A stretch of DNA of 64,000 nucleotides. Source: an uncultured delta proteobacterium (GTDB lineage Bacteria > Myxococcota_A > UBA9160 > UBA4427). Below the pieces are notes generated by a model, which did not search any database, was not told the DNA's origin, and worked only from the letters and a program-made list of their open reading frames with translations. Of this stretch, positions 61,201 through 64,000 are shown one piece after another (position 1 is the first letter of the stretch; every line of letters begins with the position of its first letter). A program made the position numbers and the translations under genes. The DNA is taken from positions 352,001 to 416,000 of the forward strand of contig CAWGJT010000014.1 in the NCBI GenBank assembly GCA_963822965.1. The letters run 5' to 3'.

Positions 61201-61491
61201 GTGAGCCTGGACCGGGACAATCCCAAGTTCTTCCACAACGATGCGCACCTCTTCGTCCTCCGGACCGACTGGCGCTTCCTGAAGGACTGGGAGGGATCGG
61301 TCGAGGGGCGGACGCTCTACCTGCCCGACCTCGACGAGCGGCGCAGCGGCGCGGTGCTGACGCTCTACCGCTACCTGGGGGAGAACTTCAAGGTCGGCGT
61401 CGGCTACAACTTCACCGACTTCTCGGACGATCTGACGGACCTGAGCTACGACAATCACGGCTTCTTCCTCAACTTCGTCGGCTCGCTGTAG
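46285..61491 (+). CDS. Giant (5068 aa) exported surface protein: DUF11/isopeptide-type Ig repeats, SdrD-B-like domains, three OmpA-like domains, C-terminal beta-barrel
   Basis: Signal ending ASA-Q; about 17 modules of type xxKx..GDxLxYxITVxN..D..P..N; GTLWHDADFD and GKVFDDANGDG domains; OmpA motifs GHADD..NAGLSRERA..NRRVEVEV; about 900 aa of alternating amphipathic strands ending GFFLNFVGSL; uninterrupted 15.2-kb ORF. Confidence 0.92.
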   Translation: MVRRERRRVRRAGSSTMGIVLAGLAALSLLAGRASAQVVPATCPAQLGTANLIRHDFSVSFCELCDVGTVRIVVENPFGPSDDIDFSDLVVTENLMASGLTYVPGTTTFTGNNIAVPSVVEPTVSGPNGRVLTWTLDPGFIMRARPGGGNNRARLIIQFQVRRDASVGEEGLVQANRTIEASVELTPSCAPGERFTDLSGPGTLPLREPIPRIIKRGRNVDAGQSAGRYSDPVYGHAGDDVIWRIEVRNSGLADLQDFEFSDSMVPGNFETDYVCDSEAEATAAANGAAPPGCLAVGGTTDVLGLDVRAVFGGAANPYIVAPAGGRGFYYLVGRVTNSCVNRTNTVFDVEWGCQSQPPTGGITATSNGTVPGDSALLSTQSVETGLAVDVALTGTNTAQPMGSKGTVTITIRNNTGGTIKDGGTGIRLRDLLPPEYVVDPTFAPTVAVAPAYNNAYPGMVDTLTWTNPAASTAPLTNTTPEFLLTSSTVHPDFPGQRNMIRHGDVVTVTFRTVLIDPQYYDRVANLDVRTEAPNSDPPGTDPTASFPISNRTEIWFEEFCTANEHHLVIDDNSVARPEDLDVDVVGPELVFILTNTGDPLPLTVALTNNGGHDADDYIAYVTFGEAMVVQSAPAGCTATTNPPAFPVWQTPVTLPGTASVYVCDRGVISPGETELLDFQVVKNTAASFDDDLTFRADVIGEITLSDGTPLAFPDPIARTDGITDRANNYTLDALWARVIGYNLFKDQQGTCSENNPPPGDPDAEVQIGEECTFHVESGGWFGFQTPGFTYIAVQNIQVVDQIPDGQGYVSSTDPLVTSTSAILGVSLNPPPQPLEEGPFDWTFNTVVPAERITEKDHWFRVDVTTRLLNDPLDTSAAPNVHAAPSSNVMTSTFEAIFYNQVTDQEELYNLGPNTVGFPREVHRRVDLTVTEPHLTVTKEVCNETIYGVGPACTNFVPLADDGDAFDTYVYRVTVANEAASGGVARAPAYDVTVTTVTDPSDQLFVDPLTGDALDNDGDAPLIDAGDANGEGVITDNTVLNAVPAQIVESYTNSDALLRIDAGESVVFYYRVDPDDMVAPLQQLTNSATASYDSLEGASGGQTTPQGANGEAGGARQYVSAPGTATIQIIPVQVPPKRIVQVSNSPLAVPPATQPVSIGEEVEFELRALIPVAQLRSFVIRDELPEGLTCAEAPVVDLGAAPYAAAAFVPGGVFTPTCTDTEVVWDFGNQTVTQSNRSDRRFDFGVRFVARVGNLAVNQEGVVITNGGSATVTTVSYVDEALNPVVIPIDAAAVVVREPVIALEKAFSTALTDAADLPRVTVTATNTGTATAYNLRVLDDLSAGRIHFFGDVSGTDPPTADVTTFGPDLPLFTWAPGFAIAPGESVSFSFAVQVDGAVEPLEVLDNTIQADWTSLPSSTTALNSSGQIGPDGTPTGMRNGALPNAAVAPNDYEAQATAAMSVPPLTVTKTDLDPALTPEIGVHKSFEVVIELPEGVSQDVVVNDDLASGTTSYVLTRNADFDVSYAFEGIASVNGQAPAEAAFLAVPVDGTSGTAVWSIGTVVTDAEDDFATQTVNPTIRIRYFARINNDLTTNVGSALQNTALLNYTNGETGAQEALLSATAPVVATESSLTATKVLTNVTVGKAPGDPPAFGDILQYVVTIVNGGNATAYDVNVVDTLPPELMLYAGFTPTAEISSVPVAGFVATPGGAPDGPLVWGRQNGDDSLDIPQGGFLALTYQVVVRTPLLDPTLIENSVFTDWTSLDADSVYERTGDGCPVVTPPDDYCFGPAVASGTAEPVPPPAALLKENTQATASVGEAFRYRITVPATPYAFALNDVRIHDDLTASAADLRFLSVSKIQGSGAWTPVNTGTATNLTIEDTTNGIDIPAGEQIVVEITVVLENTATNVSGLAFTNTASYIYNWVDGDPASQRPGMPGTTAPMTIVGPDVLTLVKSGPPTMTLGTPATFTLDVHNASTGPAWNLTITDQLADGATGGTCDLPPSQVTARVFQADGVTPVSAPLVAGSDFATTFDAGTCVFGISMLSAATVLDADQRLLVSYDASLDGDTQDGAVLTNVAGATEWFSTDGANPATVADRRTYTRVLTDGTVGVLDHEDAHTLTVALPTYRFEKTVINVTTGADPGTVATPGDTLRYRLVVENLSAVPLDNVRILDELGALNASPVFQPGTLTLVTVPPGADVTNTSSTGGADGTGVLDVRNLSLPGLNDTVLIEFEIVLAPVIAAGTQVTNQSQLLLSDIPFALSDDPNVNGPADPMVAGDEDPTRVLIQSAPLFQVQKVSSYVTGDPTVLLAGETLRYTITVKNVGTANAVDATLRDAIPVNTQYVAGSTTLNGAPVADGPGGVAPLSTGIPIHAPEDPTPGAMRADGSATPDNVATLVFDVVVDPDVVDGTVISNQAFVSAVQGGVSDQPSDDPRTVLADDPTRDVVGNAPLLFAPKSVVIGVDGGTTGIVDPGDQLHYTITVYNSGAVAATGVALSDVVPANTTYVPNTLTLNGLPVGQPDGGVSPLVAGIAISSADLTPPVPAPGAGVLSPGQAAVVGFDLLVNAGTPTGTIISNQAVVRSDQVPTLLTDGDGNPATGPEPTMVVVGDGQQLSITKQVAVVGGGAALPGSQLEYIVRVVNIAAVPANTVSITDDLDAPVAGQLAYVATSATMNGAATGVSVVGSVITADYGGTYGPLQPGEAVVLRFLAVLDPGIAIGTTVTNTGVVTWNTPPQTANASVSFAVGGTPGVGALNGTLWHDADFDLSLDPGESVLQGWTVELLRDGVSLQSVLSDSNGAYRIAGLAPNDTGGVQYALRFQAPGAGASTASLGRADSPFTNGPQEITDIVVASGSNLQNLNLPIQPNGVVYDSIQRTPLAGATLTLLSGGAGIALPSTCFDDPAQQGQVTLDSGDYKFDLNFSDPSCPSGGNYLISVTPPGTTYVAGTSQVIPPSSDAGTPPFSVPACPGTASDAVPATAQYCEAQPSELAPALSVPPRAPETVYYLNLSLDGSQIPGSSEIFNNHIPVDPVLDDAVAITKTTPMVNVSVGQLVPYEIALDNELGVGFADLSIVDRYPAGFRYVDGSAQIDGVHVEPTVSGRQLTWTDVGIAASSRISLKLLLAVGAGVTEGEYVNRAQAISSLTGAALSGEASATVRVVPDPTFDCTDVLGKVFDDANGDGSQDRGEKGLQGVKLVTARGLVATTDEYGRFHITCAVVPRQGRGSNFILKLDDRSLPTGYRMTTRQVQVKRATRGKALRFTYGASIHRVVSLDMADAVFEPGSTEMRAQWRPRIAMLIEELAKAPSILRLSYVGDVEAERLVDRRLAAVKKQIEAAWEAAGSERYELTIETEVFWRRGAPLDQPVREPEDESPGLPPVSAGPPVVEAPLGEAVERHLPADSAYTQWSQDPALLAAQGGDRLEEREVRSEEAEIVKLTNVVPPIHFDSGAADVSPATIQKLRAVLDGMRDLANVRLHLVGHADDRPLTGALAERYGDNAGLSRERAGEVAEFLQTALGLPPEAISFEWAGDSQPIASNATEAGRALNRRVEVEVWYDEFKEKLEVEDVVVPAEIKRVKVCRIETVCKLRYREGHAHRARVKNLVTPLHFGEDTVGVPAEFVGQIDQAFHNLRDKQNVTVKFVAFTDDVPLTGREERIYGTHLALSKARARRVALAIREALDLPTAAIASDGRGAERPIASNDTARGRALNRRVEVEFWYDDPLQELPGEPQLCPDAAGAERVTRVYDPPWGRIAALPVDDGEIVVPPDYPEALRRAMADVADKTNVRLRFVGYTGNERLDRRTALVYGDDIGLSAARARRAMKTLQADLGLSDSQVEHEGRGYIQSSDVVNAGFIQGEGSYVAVEVVYDELALLDDYEGVDVTPITRELRAKDPLDLNLMRISVDGVPVDDPGRSSADIQRCTDVALDRADVQFRFDDLASVARLSVTADPASIPMHESEDGDVVGAPVRFQTYTNYGHFIERSEVRIFDQEQSLQAEPLAVVDVDPDGLAQWRPVAKRFPAPVRALKFVLRAYGAEDRFDETAPQQLWMIYGDAASAGAVAPAVAEPSEANAPAAAPKPEKPVAGDPLLAGYGESEPIARNIPLDSVGTVRVQGRGIPPNHEVWLAGESVPVDEHGNFVGEVVLPSGMHTVEVAVLDEEGNGELFLRDLELQKNDWFYVGIADLTLSASKTSGPMKKLQGQKAPYDQDSWADGRLAFFLTGKFGEDWKLTASADTREEEVTKLFTNFLDKSPDALFRRIDPDYHYPTFGDDSTVEETAPTSGKLYVKLSKDENQALWGNFKVGYLDNELAQVDRGLYGANVHYQTLATTGQGEQRLAIDGFAAQPGTVSSFEEFRGTGGSLYFLRRQDIMTGSERVRIEVRDKDSGLVKGVVNLQPTVDYDIDYLQGRVLLAEPLSATVDDNLLVRNQGLSGDEAWLVVQYEYSPSFNELDAMTYGGQGHYWLNDFVKVGATASRNDEGANSTLYGGDLTFRKSAQSWLKLQAGRSEGLVSAAYASNDGGFGFLGTDGVGFEEAKANAYRVDGSVGFGDFLPGGRGVLSFYAQRTEAGYSAPNLVTLFDTDQYGGALEMPVLDELHLTAKAAREDQKDGLQTTAAEADVAWDLSDRWNLSSGVRYERREDSSPFVVETQQEGDRADGVVQLAYDSRDRWRAYGFGQATLVKTGDRDANNRGGVGGAFRVTDQLSFDGEVSHGNLGPAVKIGTSFQESERTRRYLSYTMEDERAETGLSGRRGTLISGVRSRFSDSGSVYVEDRYQHSDFTNGLTKSMGISLAPADRWTMAGNWELGTLIDRRTQAETKRRAGGGTVAYADERFKLSTGVEYRYDRTQQPDGEWSHRTTWLFRNSAKIQVTPSGRVIGKFNHSFSDSSLGQFYDGGFTEAVFGVAYRPVQHDRLDVLAKYTYFYNVPTTDQVVLENTPVEFIQKSHVASLDLTYELTRSLTVGGKYAYRRGEVSLDRDNPKFFHNDAHLFVLRTDWRFLKDWEGSVEGRTLYLPDLDERRSGAVLTLYRYLGENFKVGVGYNFTDFSDDLTDLSYDNHGFFLNFVGSL

Positions 61492-61522
61492 CCGCGGAGC
61501 GATCGGACCAGGGATTCCAGTC

Positions 61523-62176
61523 ATGGCAGTAGCGGCGAGGGGCAGAAGATTCGATCGGGCGCGCGTGATGAAGCGCGCCGCGGGAGCGGCCGGGAAGCGG
61601 CGGCGCAAGAAGGCGATCTCCCTCTACCGCCAGGTGCTCGAGGTGGATCCGGAGGACGCCGACGCCCACCGGAAGATCGCTCCGCTGCTGGCCCAGACGG
61701 GAAAGACGCGCGAGTCGCTCGTCAGCTACCGCAAGGCGGTGGACGCGATGCTCCGACAGGGCTTCGACGATCGGGCCATCGGGCTGATCCGCGCGGCGGC
61801 GGGCTATCTGCCGCGCGAGTTCGAGCTGTGGCGAAGCCTCGCGTCGCTGCAGGCGAACCGGGGCCGGACGCCGGACGCCGTCGCGTCCCTGCTGGAGGGC
61901 CGGCGCCACTTCCGTTCGAGGCAGGACCGCGGCGTCGCCATCCTGCTCCTCAGCCAGGCCCAGAAGCTCGATCCCTCGAGCTTCTGGGTGAGCTACGACC
62001 TGGCCTGCCAGCTCGGCAAGGCGGGCCGGAGGTCCCAGGCGCGTCAGCTGCTGGAGCAGCTCGCGGCGCGACCGGGAAAGCCCCACCTGCGGCGGGTGCG
62101 GGCGCGGCAGCTCTGGCTCGCACCCAGCCTGGGCGCGCTGTGGCGGCTGGCGCGCGCCTGCGTGCTTTCCCGCTGA
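61523..62176 (+). CDS. Cytoplasmic TPR protein
   Basis: AISLYRQVLEVDP and AQKLDP TPR turns; basic; no signal peptide. Confidence 0.75.
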   Translation: MAVAARGRRFDRARVMKRAAGAAGKRRRKKAISLYRQVLEVDPEDADAHRKIAPLLAQTGKTRESLVSYRKAVDAMLRQGFDDRAIGLIRAAAGYLPREFELWRSLASLQANRGRTPDAVASLLEGRRHFRSRQDRGVAILLLSQAQKLDPSSFWVSYDLACQLGKAGRRSQARQLLEQLAARPGKPHLRRVRARQLWLAPSLGALWRLARACVLSR

Positions 62177-62224
62177 CCCCGCTGACCCCCTGAACCCGAG
62201 CAAGGCGCCCGCGGGACGGGACTC

Positions 62225-64000
62225 CTAGCGAAGCAGCGACCAGAGCCCGGTCGCGGCCAGCAGGCCCAGCAGCTGGATCGCGATGCCGGGCGCGAGGCTC
62301 AGCGAACGCTCGCGGATCACGGCGAGCGCCAGGCCCACGGCGAAGGCGACCGCCAGCACGCCACCCATCAGCTCCAGCGGGGTCGCCCCGAGCGAGGTGA
62401 AGAGCGATCCGCGCAGGCCCGGGCCGGTGAGCGCCGTGACCACCACCGCGTAGGCGGCCGCCGACGCGAGTGCGGCGCGGGAGAGGATCCAGGGGCCGCG
62501 GGGTCGCTGCACCGGGAAGTCCTGCACCAGGAGCCCGTGCACCAGCCCGCGGAACCACACCTCGCCTGCCGCCACCGCGATCGCGCCCGCCGCGAGCAGG
62601 GCCAGGGGTTGCCCCATCCCCGCGCCGGGCCACGTGCACACCCAGGCCGCGGCGGGCAGTCCCCCCAGCAGAGCGAACGGAGCGAGCCACCAGCCGCCCC
62701 CGTTCGCCGGAGCGCGCCAGCCGAATACCCAGGGCCGGCGGTGCGAAGCGAAGCGGGTGGCGAGCATGCCGACCCCCAGCGCGAGCAGCGACGCGAGCGT
62801 CACCTCGTAGGCCGCCTCCACGGCGGCGCGCACGGGAACGACGGACATGAGGGACGGGAAGGCGGAAGCGAGCGGGCCGGAAGAGCAGACACGACACGCC
62901 CACCAGCAAGGCACCGGCGACCTGACGCGCCCGCGTCCACCAGGTGGAGGGCCGGTACGCGCGCGCGAGGATCTCGAGCACCTCCTCCGCCGCCAGCCGG
63001 GTGCCCTGGGGTCGCGGCGAGCCGCCGATGTCCTGGGAGCCCCCCCAGTGCTTGCTGGGCGGGCGACCGTCGACGGCGGCGTCGACGCGGTTGAGCAGCT
63101 CGTAGGCCGGCCCGAGCTGGGGGCCCGCGACCGAGCTCACCCGCCGCAGGGTGTACTGCCCGGGCTGGTTCTCGAGCGCGATGATGCAGAGCTGCTCGCC
63201 CCAGCGGGTCTTCAGGTGCTGCTCGACGGTGTAGATCCCCTCGCGGTCCCGGCAGGCGACGGCCACCTTTCGCGGCGCGACCTCCACGTGGCCGTAGATC
63301 TCGTCGATGCGGGTGTAGTCGCCGAAGTCCTCACCCGCGTAGACCAGCGCGTCGACCGCGCGCAGCATGTCCAGGGTGTAGGGGTAGACGTTCTTGCTCC
63401 CCCAGGATCCCGTCTGCTTCAGCGCGCGCTCGCGCGCCAGCAGGTAGTCGATCCGGGGCTGGGTCTGCTCGATGAGCCCGCTCGACAGACCGCACAGGCG
63501 GGCCAGCTTGGGGCCGTTGGCGTCGATCGAGCCCTCCAGCCGGAACAGGGGCAGCAGCACGTCGCAGGCGTCCGGGCGCAGCTCGCGCACGCGGCGGTAG
63601 TTCAGCAGGCACCAGAGCGCGAGCACCGTGTCCAGGTCGGGGTCGTTGGCGTAGATCGTCCAGTCGCCCTCGGAGAGCTCGAGACCGCTGTGCACCAGCA
63701 GCAGGGCCTGCTCGCAGGTGGACAGGGTGAAGAGCCGCTCGCAGCCGGCGTGATGGTCGAGGTTGTAGAGCTTCCGCTCGTTGTCGATCAGCGGTCCGAA
63801 GTCGCCGGCGCCGTCCAGCAGGATGACGCGTTCCCCCAGGGAGGCGGCCGCGGATCGGGAGGCCGACATCTTGGGATCGATGATGGCGCGCACCCGGGGC
63901 GCCTCGTCGCACTCGAGGAAGCGGACGCCGTCCTTCTCGCGCAGCGCGTATCGCTCCGGGATCGTCGCGCGTCGCGCGGCGGCTCGGGGTATCGCCTTTC
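62225..64000 (-). CDS. DHH-like domain fused to a degenerate CPBP/Abi membrane domain (5' end beyond the window; frameshift near 62880)
   Basis: YNLDHH, IYANDPDLDTV and WGGSQDIGGSPR in the soluble part; multi-TM tail with GEVWFRG and RERSLSLAPGIAIQ; frame open to the window edge. Confidence 0.65.

Overview
A very GC-rich bacterial window; gene content suggests a Myxococcota/deltaproteobacterial-type genome, which is inference only. No rRNA, tRNA, IS element or CRISPR array was recognised. Bases 1-35.9 kb are a mosaic of metabolic, regulatory and envelope genes: ectB, a Tat-exported aminotransferase, a histone-H1-like protein, a lipase with LysR, a molybdopterin oxidoreductase/SDR with HxlR, a di-haem protein, malic enzyme, amidohydrolases, a GNAT-HDAC fusion, a hidden UGA-containing peroxiredoxin-like selenoprotein, a sigma54-driven internally deleted amt with glnK, an mprF cluster and an RND pump. 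Many of these carry single-base frameshifts that look like long-read errors, and three show real-looking deletion scars. The standout is 36.3-61.5 kb, which is free of frameshifts. It holds a nine-gene operon resembling the core of the myxobacterial Agl-Glt machine (GltC/D/E-like TPR proteins, a GltF-like small protein, one ExbB/AglR-like, two ExbD/AglQ-AglS-like and one TonB/GltG-like protein). This is followed by a c-di-GMP-I riboswitch wired as an ON switch and a 5068-aa exported protein with about 17 Ig-like DUF11/isopeptide-type modules, three OmpA-like peptidoglycan-binding domains and a very large C-terminal beta-barrel carrying a SprA-like motif. I propose this is a c-di-GMP-controlled, proton-motive-force-energised giant-adhesin export or anchoring system. 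All family calls are from motif recognition by eye; no searches were run.
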